Shown: positions 35,740 to 46,665 of the stretch, piece by piece
Layout of the letters: each line of letters opens with the position of its first letter
Position numbering within the stretch: the first letter of the stretch is position 1
Assembly (NCBI GenBank): GCA_963822585.1
Contig: CAWGIE010000010.1
Location: 1 to 64,000 of the forward strand
Direction of reading: 5' to 3'
DNA from: an uncultured bacterium
GTDB taxonomy: Bacteria; Auribacterota; Erginobacteria; Erginobacterales; Erginobacteraceae
Length of the DNA stretch: 64,000 nt
Notes under the pieces: model-generated
What the model was told of the DNA's origin: nothing
Databases searched by the model: none
What the model saw: the letters and a program-made list of their open reading frames with translations, nothing else
Program-made: the position numbers and the translations under genes

Positions 35740-38379
35740 ATGGAACGACTGCTGTTAATCGATGGTATGTCGAATGCGTATCGGGCTTTTTACGCCATCC
35801 GCGGCCTGACCACTTCCCGGGGGCGCCCCACCAACGCGGTCTTCGGGTTCATAAAAATCCTGCTCAAGATACTTGCCGAATATAAGCCGGACTACGTGGC
35901 CATCGCCGGAGACGCCAAGGGGCCGACCCACCGGCATCAGGAGTTTAAGGAGTATAAGGCCCAGCGCAAGCCGATACCTTCCGACCTGGCCGCCCAGCTC
36001 CCCCTGATCAAGAGAGCGGCCCGGGGCTACGGCATCCCCTGGCTGGAAATTTCCGGTTACGAAGCCGACGACATCCTGGCGATGCTGGCCGCCCGGGCGC
36101 GGGAGCGGAAACTCAAAACATATATCCTCACCGGCGACAAGGACATGCTCCAGTTGGTGGATGATTCGGTGACCGTGATCAGTCCGCATCAGGACGGAAA
36201 ACTCTACGATCCCGGCGCCGTCAGGGAACGCTACGGCGTCGATCCTTCGGGGATCGGCGATATCCTGGCCCTGATGGGGGACAGCATCGACAACATCCCC
36301 GGGGTGCCGGGGGTGGGGGAGAAGACGGCCGTCAATCTGTTGAAGGAGTATCACACCCTGGAGGGGGTTCTCGCCCACGCCGGAGAGGTGAAGCATAAGA
36401 CGGTCCGGGAAAGCCTCCTCGCCCACGCGGAGCAGGCCCGGTTTTCCCGCCACCTGGTGGAATTAAAGACGGATGTCCCGCTGGAGTGCGACTGGGAAGA
36501 TCTGCGACGGAAAAACCCGGACCGCGAGCAGTTGCGGGCATTGTTCGAGGAGCTGGAGTTCCGCCAGCTTCTGGAAGAACTGCTCCCCGAAAAAGGACCC
36601 GCCGTGACCATCCGCCGGGTGGCCGACGCGGCTTCCTGCCGCCAGCTGGCTGAAGAACTGGCCGGCGCCGGTGAATTCTCCCTCCGTCCGGAGGCCGACA
36701 GCTCCGATTTCATGACCGGGAAGCTCCGGGGATTGGCCGTTGCCTGGCGCGAGGGGGAAGCGGCCTACATCCAGCTGGGAAACGGACCGGAGAGGCAAGA
36801 GATGCTGAATATCCTCCGTCCTCTCCTGGAAGGAAGTCGGACCGGGAAGATAACCCACGATCTGAAATTTCTTATTCATATTCTGATGAACGAGGGGCTG
36901 GAAATAGGAGGGGAGATCTGGGACTCGCTGCTCGCCTCCTACCTCCTGCACCCTTCCCGGCCGACCCACGGTCTGGCCGACCTTTCCTGGACATTCCTGG
37001 GGCGCCCGATCGCCCCCCCGGGGAAGAACACTGACCTGCCCGGGGGAGAGGAGGGGGTCCGTAATCTCTGCGAAGAGGCGGCCGCCGCCCGGGAGTTAAA
37101 GCCCGTTCTCGGCAAGGAGATGGAGGAAAAACGCCTGCTGGAACTGATGAGGGATATGGAGCTGCCCCTGATCCGGGTTCTGGTCGCGATGGAGCGGAAC
37201 GGAATCCGGGTGGATCGGGAACAGTTCTCCCGTTTGTCCGTTTCCATCGAGGATGAGCTGATCTCGCTGACCGGTCGGATGTATGAACTGGCCGGGGAGG
37301 AGTTCAACCTCAACTCCCCCAAGCAGCTGCGGGTCATCCTCTTCGAAAAACTGGGTCTTCCCCCCCAGAAGAAGACCAAGACCGGATATTCGACCGACGT
37401 GGGGGTCCTCCAGAAACTGGCCGTTTTGCATGAGCTCCCCGATCTCCTGCTTCAGTATCGACGCCTTTTCAAGCTGAAGTCAACCTATCTCGATACCCTG
37501 CCGGGATTGATCAACCGGGATACGGGCCGGATCCACACCACCTTTCACCAGGCGGTGACCGCCACCGGCCGCCTCAGCTCCAGCAATCCCAACCTGCAGA
37601 ATATTCCCATCCGGGGCGAGCTGGGGAAAAAAGTCAGGCGGGCATTCATCCCCGGTCCGGACGGCTGGCGATTCCTGGCCGCCGATTACTCCCAGATCGA
37701 TCTGCGGGTCCTGGCTCATCTCTCGCGGGATCCGCTTCTGATCGAGGCCTTCCGGAAGGACGAGGATATCCACTCCTTCACCGCCTCCCAGATCTTCAAC
37801 CTCCCGATCGAGGCGGTGACGCCGGAAATGAGGCGGCGGGCGAAGACGGTCAACTTCGGGATCATCTACGGGATGGGGGCCTTCGCCCTGGCCCAGGACC
37901 TGGGGATTTCCTATGGGGAAGCCGAAGCCTTTATCCGGGAATATTTCGAGAAATACACCGGGGTCGCCGCGTTTATCGAGGAGACCGTCAAAGAAGCCAA
38001 AGAGCGGGGATACGTGACCACGATCTTCAACCGCCGCCGGTATCTTCCCGAGCTCCACAGCGACCAGGAAAGCCAGCGCCGGTTCGGGGAGCGGACCGCG
38101 GTCAATACCCCCATTCAGGGCTCGTCTTCGGATATCATCAAGCTGGGCATGATCAAGATCGCTTCCCGGCTGGGGGAGCGGGACCGGAAGGGGCGACTCC
38201 TCCTGCAGATCCATGACGATCTTCTCTTCGAGTGTCCCCCGGAGGAGCTGGAGCCGCTGGGGAAGATGGTGCGTGAGGAAATGGAAGGAGTGGTGGAGCT
38301 CTCCGTCCCTTTGAAAGTAGATATCAAGATCGGGGCGAACTGGGGGGAGATGGCGGAGGCCGGTGAAAAGATAAAGTAA
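35740..38379 (+). CDS. polA: DNA polymerase I
   Basis: 5'-3' exonuclease (GYEADD, DNIPGVPGVGEKTA); TATGRLSS, ADYSQIDLR, AKTVNFGIIYG, QIHD. Confidence 0.97.
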   Translation: MERLLLIDGMSNAYRAFYAIRGLTTSRGRPTNAVFGFIKILLKILAEYKPDYVAIAGDAKGPTHRHQEFKEYKAQRKPIPSDLAAQLPLIKRAARGYGIPWLEISGYEADDILAMLAARARERKLKTYILTGDKDMLQLVDDSVTVISPHQDGKLYDPGAVRERYGVDPSGIGDILALMGDSIDNIPGVPGVGEKTAVNLLKEYHTLEGVLAHAGEVKHKTVRESLLAHAEQARFSRHLVELKTDVPLECDWEDLRRKNPDREQLRALFEELEFRQLLEELLPEKGPAVTIRRVADAASCRQLAEELAGAGEFSLRPEADSSDFMTGKLRGLAVAWREGEAAYIQLGNGPERQEMLNILRPLLEGSRTGKITHDLKFLIHILMNEGLEIGGEIWDSLLASYLLHPSRPTHGLADLSWTFLGRPIAPPGKNTDLPGGEEGVRNLCEEAAAARELKPVLGKEMEEKRLLELMRDMELPLIRVLVAMERNGIRVDREQFSRLSVSIEDELISLTGRMYELAGEEFNLNSPKQLRVILFEKLGLPPQKKTKTGYSTDVGVLQKLAVLHELPDLLLQYRRLFKLKSTYLDTLPGLINRDTGRIHTTFHQAVTATGRLSSSNPNLQNIPIRGELGKKVRRAFIPGPDGWRFLAADYSQIDLRVLAHLSRDPLLIEAFRKDEDIHSFTASQIFNLPIEAVTPEMRRRAKTVNFGIIYGMGAFALAQDLGISYGEAEAFIREYFEKYTGVAAFIEETVKEAKERGYVTTIFNRRRYLPELHSDQESQRRFGERTAVNTPIQGSSSDIIKLGMIKIASRLGERDRKGRLLLQIHDDLLFECPPEELEPLGKMVREEMEGVVELSVPLKVDIKIGANWGEMAEAGEKIK

Positions 38380-38450
38380 TCAGTGATCGGTAATCAGTGA
38401 TCAGTGGCTTGACCGGCCGCGAGGTACTGATTACTGATCACCGATTACTG
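38375..38450. repeat. Family A inverted 7-mer array
   Basis: agtaatcagtgatcggtaatcagtgatcagt ... actgattactgatcaccgattactg. Confidence 0.9.
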
Positions 38451-38497
38451 ACCGGCGTGTATTTTAAAATCAGTATTCTCAGTCTTGACAGTGAACC

Positions 38498-39097
38498 GTG
38501 GCTGAAAAGTATCTACAAATCGGTCTCACCGGCGGCTTCGGGACCGGGAAATCGACGGTGGCCGGCCTTTTCCGGGAACGGGGCGCTGCCATCGTGGATG
38601 CCGATGACCTGGCCCGGGAGAGTCTGCGCCAGGGGACGGAGGAGTACCGGCGGACGATCGCCTTTTTCGGTGATGAGATTGTCGTCCGCCACGGAGAGAT
38701 CGATCGCGGGGCCCTGGCCGCCCGCGTATTCGGCAACCCGGCCCTGCTGGCGGAATTGAACCGGATTATTCACCCCGGGGTTATCAGGGAGATCCGGGCG
38801 CGGCTGGCGGCAGCGCCGGAACCGGTCAGGATAGCGGTCATCCCGCTGCTCTATGAGGCGGGGCTGGCCGAAGACTTCGATTACGTGATCGTGGTTACGG
38901 CGGACCGGGAAACCGTCCTCCGGAGGGTCGGGGGGAGGAGGAAGATGAGTGAGGAAGATATCGATCGCCGCCGGGCGGCCCAGCTCCCCCTGGAGGAGAA
39001 AGCGCGCCGGGCGGATTTTATCATAGATAACAGCGGTTCATTTGAAGAGACCCGGAAACAGGTGAAACTAATCTGGGAGACGTTGACCGGGCACTGA
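38498..39097 (+). CDS. coaE: Dephospho-CoA kinase
   Basis: GLTGGFGTGKST, DAD, IDR..LA..VF, IIHP, IPLLYE, ADFIIDN. Confidence 0.95.
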   Translation: MAEKYLQIGLTGGFGTGKSTVAGLFRERGAAIVDADDLARESLRQGTEEYRRTIAFFGDEIVVRHGEIDRGALAARVFGNPALLAELNRIIHPGVIREIRARLAAAPEPVRIAVIPLLYEAGLAEDFDYVIVVTADRETVLRRVGGRRKMSEEDIDRRRAAQLPLEEKARRADFIIDNSGSFEETRKQVKLIWETLTGH

Positions 39098-39165
39098 CAT
39101 GAATTTGGACTGAAGGTGCTGTTTATTGCTTAAGAACTTCAATAAATTATCAAAACGGCTATCGT

Positions 39166-39307
39166 TGAACGGTTGCGCAGCTCGAAACGTTGCACGGTGT
39201 ACGGTTACGTGCGGCCCGGCCCCGCAACCGTTCCACGCAACCGATTCGAGCCGCACAACCGCAACCTTTTAACCCGAACGTTGTCCGAGCGCAGCGAGGG
39301 CTACGTT
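39166..39307. repeat. About 145-bp structured element (copy 2)
   Basis: homologous to 17282-17426. Confidence 0.85.
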
Positions 39308-39396
39308 TTAATAAATAACAATCTTTTTTACTGGCTTTTTATCCGCCCCGGAAGTCCGGGGAGGGTGAGACAATCAATTCGCCAAGGAGGAACAAG

Positions 39397-40761
39397 ATGT
39401 CCGTGAGTGAGAAAAAAAACGACGAGCAGACTTTCGAAGAGATGCAGGAGCAGGATGCGATCGAGATCAAGAAGGAGAAAGAAAAGGCCATCGCCGCCGG
39501 GAAGGAGCCCCTTGACCTGGGAACTCTCCAGGGGATGACCGTCTCCGACCTGCTGAAGATGGCGCATGACCTGGGCATCCCGTCCGCCCGGTCCATGAAG
39601 AAGCCGGGGCTTATCTTCGAGATCCTGAAAGCGCGCGCCGAGCAGAACGGAGCCATGTTCGGAGAAGGGGTGCTGGAGATCCTCCCCGACGGTTTCGGAT
39701 TTCTCCGCTCGCCGAATTACAATTATCTGGCCTGTACCGAGGATATCTATATCTCGCCCTCGCAGATCCGGAAGTTCGACCTCCGCAACGGCGACACGGT
39801 CTCGGGCCAGATCCGGCCCCCGAAATCGCGGGAGCGGTTTTTCGCTCTTCTCCGGGTGGAGGCCATCAATTACCTGCCCCCCGGGGTTTCCAAGCAGAAA
39901 ACCCACTTCGATAACCTGACCCCGCTCTACCCGGAAGCCCGCTTTATCCTGGAGTCGGATAACCAGGACATATCCATGCGGGTGATGGACCTGCTGACCC
40001 CGGTCGGGAAGGGACAGCGCGGCCTGATCGTCGCCGCCCCGCGGACCGGCAAGACCATGCTCCTGAAAGGCATGGCCAACGCCATCACCGCCAACAACAA
40101 GGAAGTGAAGCTGATCGTCCTCCTGATCGACGAGCGGCCGGAGGAAGTGACCGATTTCCAGAGGAGCGTCCATAATGCCGAGGTGATCTCCTCCACCTTC
40201 GACGAGACCCCCGACCGCCACGTGCGGGTGGCGGAGATCGTGATCGAGAAAGCGAAGCGCCTGGTGGAACACGGGATGGACGTGGTGATCCTTCTCGACA
40301 GCATCACCCGGCTGGCCCGGGCCTACAACACGCTGCAGCCGCACAGCGGGAAGGTGCTTTCCGGGGGGATCGAGTCCAGCGCCCTGACCAAGCCGAAAAA
40401 ATTCTTCGGCGCCGCCCGGAACATCGAGGAAGGCGGAAGCCTGACCATCCTGGCCACGGCCCTGATCGAGACCGGGAGCAAGATGGACGGGGTCATCTTC
40501 GAGGAATTCAAGGGCACCGGGAACATGGAACTGAACCTCGACCGCAAGCTGACGGAGAAGAGGATATTCCCCTCGATCAACATCGAGAAATCGGGGACCC
40601 GGAAGGAAGAACTGCTTATTCACCCCGACGAACTCAACCGGATCTGGCTCCTGCGGAAGGCCCTGAGCGCGATGCAGCCGGTGGAGGCGATGGAGCTCCT
40701 GATCGCCAAGCTCAAGAAAAGCAAGACCAACGCCGAGTTTTTAATGTCGCTGAAAGCTTAA
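39397..40761 (+). CDS. rho: Transcription termination factor Rho
   Basis: [57 protein letters not shown]. Confidence 0.98.
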   Translation: MSVSEKKNDEQTFEEMQEQDAIEIKKEKEKAIAAGKEPLDLGTLQGMTVSDLLKMAHDLGIPSARSMKKPGLIFEILKARAEQNGAMFGEGVLEILPDGFGFLRSPNYNYLACTEDIYISPSQIRKFDLRNGDTVSGQIRPPKSRERFFALLRVEAINYLPPGVSKQKTHFDNLTPLYPEARFILESDNQDISMRVMDLLTPVGKGQRGLIVAAPRTGKTMLLKGMANAITANNKEVKLIVLLIDERPEEVTDFQRSVHNAEVISSTFDETPDRHVRVAEIVIEKAKRLVEHGMDVVILLDSITRLARAYNTLQPHSGKVLSGGIESSALTKPKKFFGAARNIEEGGSLTILATALIETGSKMDGVIFEEFKGTGNMELNLDRKLTEKRIFPSINIEKSGTRKEELLIHPDELNRIWLLRKALSAMQPVEAMELLIAKLKKSKTNAEFLMSLKA

Positions 40762-40784
40762 AAGCTTTCAGCGACATTAAAAAC
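40737..40784. terminator. Perfect 23-bp inverted repeat centred on the rho stop codon
   Basis: gtttttaatgtcgctgaaagctt aa aagctttcagcgacattaaaaac; the repeat is certain, terminator function is inferred. Confidence 0.55.
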
Positions 40785-40951
40785 GTGATCGTCTATGGTC
40801 AAGGTCGATTCGTTTTGCATAAAAATAGGTTGAAATTGATTGATTTTATAGTAAGTTAACGTGGAAACATTTGAATACAGGAATAAATTGTGTAAATAAC
40901 AATGTTTTTGAAAGAATGTAATTAACTATTTTTTTCGGAGAAAAAAATACA

Positions 40952-41152
40952 GTGAAGGAAAAAATACACCCTGAATACACCGAGACCACCATCAGCTGTG
41001 CCTGTGGCGCGGTCATCCGGACCCGCTCGACCAAGCAGAATATAAGGGTCGGGGTCTGTTCCCAGTGCCACCCGTTCTTTACCGGCAAGCAGAAGTACCT
41101 GGATACGGAAGGTCGGGTGGAACGCTTCAAACGGAAGTACGGGCTGAAGTAG
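40952..41152 (+). CDS. rpmE: 50S ribosomal protein L31, Zn-binding type
   Basis: [26 protein letters not shown]. Confidence 0.96.
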   Translation: MKEKIHPEYTETTISCACGAVIRTRSTKQNIRVGVCSQCHPFFTGKQKYLDTEGRVERFKRKYGLK

Positions 41153-41229
41153 TCTCCCACCCATTCCGGAGAACGGGCGGTTGATTATTTCATTGCCTCC
41201 CTCGTTATAAACCATCCCCGTTTCCACGC

Positions 41230-42360
41230 ATGTCCCCGATAGTCGATAACACTTCCCCTGACGACCGGGAGTTTTTGCTCCGGTTCGGTCCCCGCCTGGA
41301 ATCCTCCCGCGAGGAAATGAAGGAGATCGGGCGGCAGATGGCGGAGCCGGAGATCGGTCAGAACCCGCCGCGGATCCGCCGCCTCGGCCGGGAGTATTCC
41401 CGGCTGGGCAAGTTGGTCTCTCTCCATGATCGCTATCTGGCCGTTCTCCGCCAGATCGAAGAGAGCCGGCAGATCCTGCAGGGAGAAGAAGAGGATCCTG
41501 AACTGAGGGAGATGGCCCGGACGGAGATGGAGAAACTCGAAGAGGAGAAAGCGTCTGTCCGCGACCGGCTGGAGATTCTGATCCTGCCGCCGGATGCATG
41601 CGACGAGAGGAACATCATCGTGGAGATCCGGTCGGGTACCGGCGGGGAAGAAGCCGCCCTCTTTGTCATAGATCTCTTCCGGATGTACGGCCGGTACGCG
41701 GAAAAGCACGGGTTGCGGATAGAAAACCTGGACACCCATCCGGCGGCGCAGGGGGGGTTGAAAGAGGTGATCTTCGGCGTGATCGGAGAGGGGGCATATC
41801 GGGCCTTCAAGCACGAGAGCGGTGTTCACCGGGTTCAGCGGGTGCCGGAGACCGAGGCCCAGGGGAGGATTCACACCTCCGCCGCCACCGTGGCGGTGCT
41901 CCCGGAAGCGGAGGACGTGGAGGTGAAGATCGACCCCGGCGATCTCCGGATCGATCGTTTCTGCTCGTCGGGCCCCGGCGGCCAGAGCGTTAACACCACC
42001 TATTCGGCGGTCCGGATCACGCATATCCCCACCGGCATCGTGGTCAGCTGCCAGGATGAGAAGTCCCAGCACAAGAACAAGGCCAGCGCCCTCAAGGTCC
42101 TTCGCGCCCGGCTTTATCAGAAGATGCTGGACGAACAGAACGCCGAACTTTCCCGGCAGCGGAACGCCCAGATCAAAAGCGGCGACCGGTCCGATAAGAT
42201 TCGCACCTATAATTATCCCCAGAACCGGGTCACCGACCACCGGATTAACCTTTCCCTCCACCGGCTGGAGGCGGTCATGAACGGCGACCTCGATGAGCTG
42301 GCGGAGAAACTGCTGGAATGGGAGCGCCGGCAGCGATTGGACGCGCAGAATACGGCATGA
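41230..42360 (+). CDS. prfA: Peptide chain release factor 1
   Basis: GTGGEEAALF, HRVQRVPETE (PxT), GGQ, RTYNYPQNRVTDHR; start uncertain. Confidence 0.96.
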   Translation: MSPIVDNTSPDDREFLLRFGPRLESSREEMKEIGRQMAEPEIGQNPPRIRRLGREYSRLGKLVSLHDRYLAVLRQIEESRQILQGEEEDPELREMARTEMEKLEEEKASVRDRLEILILPPDACDERNIIVEIRSGTGGEEAALFVIDLFRMYGRYAEKHGLRIENLDTHPAAQGGLKEVIFGVIGEGAYRAFKHESGVHRVQRVPETEAQGRIHTSAATVAVLPEAEDVEVKIDPGDLRIDRFCSSGPGGQSVNTTYSAVRITHIPTGIVVSCQDEKSQHKNKASALKVLRARLYQKMLDEQNAELSRQRNAQIKSGDRSDKIRTYNYPQNRVTDHRINLSLHRLEAVMNGDLDELAEKLLEWERRQRLDAQNTA

Positions 42361-43268
42361 CCCGCCTGAGCGCTATTTCCGCCCGCCCCGCCGCCCCGGC
42401 AACGATCGCGACCGAGTTGTCCCGGGCCCGGGAGTTCCTGGAAAAAGCCGGGGTCGAGCATCCCCGGCTGGACGCCGAGCATCTGCTCGCCCATTGCCTG
42501 GGGACGGAACGCGGACTCCTCTACCGGGACCCCGGCCGGGCACTTACCGGCTCCGAGAGCGAACGGTACCGGGAACTGCTGGAAGAACGTCTCGTCCGCC
42601 GTCCGCTGGCCTATATTCGGGGCTGGGCCGGGTTTTACAGCCTGGTCCTGAAGACGGACCCCCGGGCCCTGGTTCCGCGGCCGGAGACCGAGATCCTGAT
42701 CGAGCGGGCGCTCGAGGTGTTGCGGAGGACGGAATCCGCCTCCCCCGAGGTTCTTGACCTGGGCTGCGGGGGCGGGGCGATCGCATTGACGATGGCCTTC
42801 GAATCCCCCGGCGCCCGTGTCCGGGCGTCCGATATATCGGCGGCGGCCCTCGATCTTGCCCGCGAGAACGCGGCCGCCCTGGGACTCCTCGAGGCGGTCA
42901 CCTTCCGGCAGGGAGATCTTTTTTTCCCCTGGGAAGACTGCCGGGAGGCGGGGTTAGACCTGATCCTGGCCAACCCGCCCTATCTCAGCGACCGGGAGTG
43001 GGAGGAAGCGCCGCCCGAAGTCCGGCGGTACGAACCGCCGGAAGCGCTCCGGGGGGGACCGGACGGCCTGGCGGTGATCGGAAGAATCGTGCGGGAGATC
43101 CCCCGCTTTCTCAAGCCGGGTGGGAGTCTGCTTTTCGAGATCGGGGCCGGCCAGGGCACCGCGGCCCGCAAGCTCGTCGACGCGGTCGAAGGACTGGTTT
43201 TTTCCGCTGTTTTCCAGGATTATAGTGGGCATGATCGAGTTATCGCGGCCATAAAGAATAATGCCTGA
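42357..43268 (+). CDS. prmC: Release factor glutamine methyltransferase
   Basis: PLAYI.G, LVPRPETE, LDLGCGGG, NPPY, EIG; ATGA overlap with prfA. Confidence 0.93.
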   Translation: MTRLSAISARPAAPATIATELSRAREFLEKAGVEHPRLDAEHLLAHCLGTERGLLYRDPGRALTGSESERYRELLEERLVRRPLAYIRGWAGFYSLVLKTDPRALVPRPETEILIERALEVLRRTESASPEVLDLGCGGGAIALTMAFESPGARVRASDISAAALDLARENAAALGLLEAVTFRQGDLFFPWEDCREAGLDLILANPPYLSDREWEEAPPEVRRYEPPEALRGGPDGLAVIGRIVREIPRFLKPGGSLLFEIGAGQGTAARKLVDAVEGLVFSAVFQDYSGHDRVIAAIKNNA

Positions 43269-43324
43269 AGTTATTTTTATTTTTCCTCCGGTTCCCCCGG
43301 AGGGAAAACCGGAGAAAAAATAAA

Positions 43325-44593
43325 ATGGATCAGATGGAAATAACCGGGGGGGCGAGGCTGGAAGGGGAGGTGACGATCAGCGGGGCCAAGAACGCGGCCC
43401 TCCCCATAATGGCCGCGGCCCTGCTGGCCCCGGGCCGGTCGGTTATTCACGGGGTCCCCCGCCTGCTCGACATCCATACCATGCTCCAGATCTTTCGTCA
43501 TCTCGGCGTCGAATGCGGATTCAGGGACGAAGATACCCTGGAGATCGACGCCACCGTCATCAAGGACTGCTCCGCGCCCTACGACCTGGTCAGGAAGATG
43601 CGGGCGTCGGTCCTGGTCCTGGGGGCGCTTTTGGGGCGGCTGGGCCGGGCCCGGGTCTCCATCCCCGGGGGGTGCGTGATCGGTTCCCGTCCGATCGATC
43701 TTCATCTGAAAGGACTGCAGGGGCTCTCGGCGCGAGTGGAGATCGAACACGGTTATATCAACGCCCACGCTCCCGAACTGGTCGGCGGGGAAATCTTTCT
43801 GGGGGGGCGGTTCGGCTCCAGCGTGGGGGCGACGATCAACCTCCTGCTGGCCGCGGTCCGCGCCCGCGGTCTGACCACCATCGTCGGGGCGGCCTGCGAG
43901 CCGGAGGTGGTCGATCTGATCCGGTTTCTCACCCGGATGGGGGCCCGGATTACGGGGGCGGGGAGCCCGCGGATCACCGTCGAGGGAGTGAAAGAGCTTT
44001 TACCCGCCGAACATACGGTCATCCCGGACCGGATCGAGGCGGGGACCTACCTGATCGCCGCCGGCCTGACCGGGGGGAAGATCAAGCTCCGCAACGCCCG
44101 CCCCGATCATCTCGATGCCGTTATCGAGATCCTGGGGGAGATCGGGATTGCGATCGTCCGGGACGGGGAAACGATCGGGGCCCGCTGCCCGGGAGGATTA
44201 ACCCCGGTTGACATCACGACGCTGCCCTATCCGGGTTTTCCGACCGATCTCCAGGCCCAGATGATGGCCCTCCTCTGCACGGTCCCCGGGATCAGCGTGA
44301 TCGTCGAGAAGGTATACCCGGAGAGGTTCATGCACGTTCCGGAACTGAACCGGTTGGGCGCCGGCATCGCGCTGGAGGGGAGCTCCGCCATCATCCGGGG
44401 AGGGCGCCGCCTTTCCGGCGCCCCCGTGATGGCTTCCGATCTGCGGGCCTCCGCCGCCCTCGTCCTGGCGGGGTTGGTGGCGGAAGGCAAGACGACCGTC
44501 CGCCGGGTTTATCACCTGGACCGGGGATATGAGCGAATGGAGGAGAAACTGAGCGCCCTGGGGGCGAAGATCAAGAGGGTGGAGATGGAGTGA
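43325..44593 (+). CDS. murA: UDP-N-acetylglucosamine 1-carboxyvinyltransferase
   Basis: GAKNAALP, MRAS, PGGCVIGSRP, DRIEAGT, YPGFPTDLQ, DLRA, LDRGYE. Confidence 0.97.
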   Translation: MDQMEITGGARLEGEVTISGAKNAALPIMAAALLAPGRSVIHGVPRLLDIHTMLQIFRHLGVECGFRDEDTLEIDATVIKDCSAPYDLVRKMRASVLVLGALLGRLGRARVSIPGGCVIGSRPIDLHLKGLQGLSARVEIEHGYINAHAPELVGGEIFLGGRFGSSVGATINLLLAAVRARGLTTIVGAACEPEVVDLIRFLTRMGARITGAGSPRITVEGVKELLPAEHTVIPDRIEAGTYLIAAGLTGGKIKLRNARPDHLDAVIEILGEIGIAIVRDGETIGARCPGGLTPVDITTLPYPGFPTDLQAQMMALLCTVPGISVIVEKVYPERFMHVPELNRLGAGIALEGSSAIIRGGRRLSGAPVMASDLRASAALVLAGLVAEGKTTVRRVYHLDRGYERMEEKLSALGAKIKRVEME

Positions 44594-44626
44594 TAGAATG
44601 ATGGAGCTAATGAAAGACAGAAAGCG

Positions 44627-44724
44627 AATTTCCAATAACCAATGACCAACTTCCAATGTACAAGTTAGTTGCCCGAAGTCGAATATTGGAAATTCGGCGG
44701 TTGGCGAGTTGGATATTGGACATT
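44627..44724. repeat. Inverted 7-mer array (CCAA/TTGG type)
   Basis: aatttccaataaccaatgaccaacttccaat ... attggaaatt...gttggatattggacatt. Confidence 0.7.
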
Positions 44725-44799
44725 AACCCGATTTATTCATAAATCATGATAGTCTTTGTTCAAAACATAAATTCGCGACCGAATGGAGAGCTAATTTAT

Positions 44800-46122
44800 A
44801 TGTTCGATAGAATATCCGCGAAATTCCAGGCCGTCTTCAAGCAGGTCCGGGGTCAAGGCAAGCTGAGCGAGAAGAACATTGCCGATGCCCTCCGGGACGT
44901 CAAGCTGGCTCTCCTGGACGCCGACGTGAACTATCAGGTCGTGAAAGAAATCATGGCCCGGACCCGGCAGGACATCATGGGGGATACGGTCCTGCGGAGT
45001 CTGAAACCGGGCCAGCAGTTCATCAAGACCTTTCACGACCGCCTGGTGGAGTTCATGACCGATCCCGGCGCGGAACTGGTGCTCGCTCAAAAGCCCGCCG
45101 TCATCCTCCTGGCCGGCTTGCAGGGAGCCGGGAAAACGACCCTGGCGGCCAAGCTGGCTCTCTGGCTCCGGGAAAAGCGGCAGCTATCCTCTCTGCTGGT
45201 GGCCGCCGATCTCCAGCGGCCGGCGGCCCGCGAACAGCTGCGGACCCTCGGGGAGAGGGCCGGGGTGGAGACTTTCTCGGGCAAGGGAAATTCCCCTTTG
45301 AAAATAATCGGTGATGCGATAAAGTATGCTCGCTCCGCTTCCCTCGGATGCGTGATCGTTGATACCGCCGGGCGTCTTCACATCGACGGACCGATGATGG
45401 AGGAGGTCCGGAAGATAAAAGAAAAGTATCCGCCGGATGAGACCCTGCTGGTGCTGGACGCGATGACCGGGCAGGACGCGGTCACGGTGGCGGCGGATTT
45501 CAACCGGCAGGTGGGCATCAGCGGGGCCGTCCTCACCAAGCTCGACGGGGACGCGCGGGGCGGAGCGGCGATATCATTCCGGGCGGTGACCCGGCGGCCG
45601 ATCAAAATGATCGGTGTGGGAGAGAAGCTCGAGGACCTTCAGGCTTTCGACGCCGGGAGAATCGTTTCCCGGATACTGGGGATGGGGGATATCGTCAGCC
45701 TGGCCGAAAAAGCCGAGGCCGCTCTCGATGAGGAAGAGGCCCGCCGGTGGGAGAAGAAGTGGAAGAAGTCCACGATTGATCTGGAAGATTTCCGGCGTCA
45801 GCTCGGGCAGTTGAAGAAGGTCGGCTCCTGGGACTCCATCGTCGGGATGCTTCCCGCCGGGGTTCCGGCCATGGATGACGGGCCGGTCCGGATCAAAAAG
45901 ATGGAAGCCATCCTCGACTCGATGAGCCCGCGGGAGCGCGCTGATCCGGGGATTATCAACGGAAGCCGCCGGGCGAGGATAGCCCGGGGCAGCGGGACCG
46001 GCATCCAGGATGTGAACCAGTTATTGAAGCAATTCAGGTTGATGAAAAAAATGATGGGAAAAGCGGGGGGATTAGGGAAAAAGAACTTAGCCCTACCTTC
46101 GTTCGGGCAACGCTCGGTTTAA
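44800..46122 (+). CDS. ffh: Signal recognition particle protein
   Basis: ALLDADV, GLQGAGKTT, DTAGR, TKLDGDARGGAA, RILGMGD, M domain SRRARIARGSG. Confidence 0.96.
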   Translation: MFDRISAKFQAVFKQVRGQGKLSEKNIADALRDVKLALLDADVNYQVVKEIMARTRQDIMGDTVLRSLKPGQQFIKTFHDRLVEFMTDPGAELVLAQKPAVILLAGLQGAGKTTLAAKLALWLREKRQLSSLLVAADLQRPAAREQLRTLGERAGVETFSGKGNSPLKIIGDAIKYARSASLGCVIVDTAGRLHIDGPMMEEVRKIKEKYPPDETLLVLDAMTGQDAVTVAADFNRQVGISGAVLTKLDGDARGGAAISFRAVTRRPIKMIGVGEKLEDLQAFDAGRIVSRILGMGDIVSLAEKAEAALDEEEARRWEKKWKKSTIDLEDFRRQLGQLKKVGSWDSIVGMLPAGVPAMDDGPVRIKKMEAILDSMSPRERADPGIINGSRRARIARGSGTGIQDVNQLLKQFRLMKKMMGKAGGLGKKNLALPSFGQRSV

Positions 46123-46260
46123 AAGGGTGGGCAGCTGGAATCGGTTGCGTGGGAGGGAAGTCCCGGTGAAACCGGGATTTAACGATTCGAGCAGCGTCCT
46201 TCGATCCCGAAAGATCGCAGGATCTGCGGGACAACCAATCAACGATACCCAGGAACGTCA

Positions 46261-46326
46261 GATTAATTATTGTGCGCCAGAGGCGCATCCCGATGGCTAT
46301 CGGGGAAATTCCGAAGCAGGAACTTA
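46261..46326. repeat. Partial copy of element K with a different hairpin insert
   Basis: attattg-tgcgccagaggcgca-tcccgatggctatcgggg-aaattccgaagcaggaactta. Confidence 0.75.
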
Positions 46327-46343
46327 TCGACAGGAGGTGTCAA

Positions 46344-46583
46344 TTGGCCGTTGTGATAAGATTAAGGAGGGAAGGGGGGAAGAAAGAGGCTCATTACCGT
46401 ATCGTGGTCACCGATTCTCGCTCTCCCCGGGACGGGCGTTTTATCGAAAATATCGGTTATTACGATCCCGCCGACGGTCAGGAAGCGGCGGTGGTGGAGA
46501 GAGACCGCGCGCGGTACTGGCTTGATCAGGGCGCGAAACCATCCGATACCGTGGGCGACATATTTAAAAGGTTGCAAATTTAA
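46344..46583 (+). CDS. rpsP: 30S ribosomal protein S16 (TTG start)
   Basis: AVVIRLRREG, YRIVVTDSRSPRDGRFIENIGYYDP, GAKPSDTV; AGGAGG SD. Confidence 0.95.
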   Translation: MAVVIRLRREGGKKEAHYRIVVTDSRSPRDGRFIENIGYYDPADGQEAAVVERDRARYWLDQGAKPSDTVGDIFKRLQI

Positions 46584-46665
46584 ACGACAGATGATTGAAT
46601 AGGGACCGGTTCAGTAATGCTGGCCGGGAATGAGCACGCCGATCCATCGTCAGGAGGTAAACGGC

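Noticed and set aside
43325..44593. Fosfomycin-resistant MurA
   Set aside because: The active-site Cys is retained (PGGCVIG).
46123..46340. SRP RNA (ffs) or other ncRNA after ffh
   Set aside because: No CAGG-TCC-GGAA-GGA-AGCAG helix-8 motif found; the 3' part is a copy of repeat element K.
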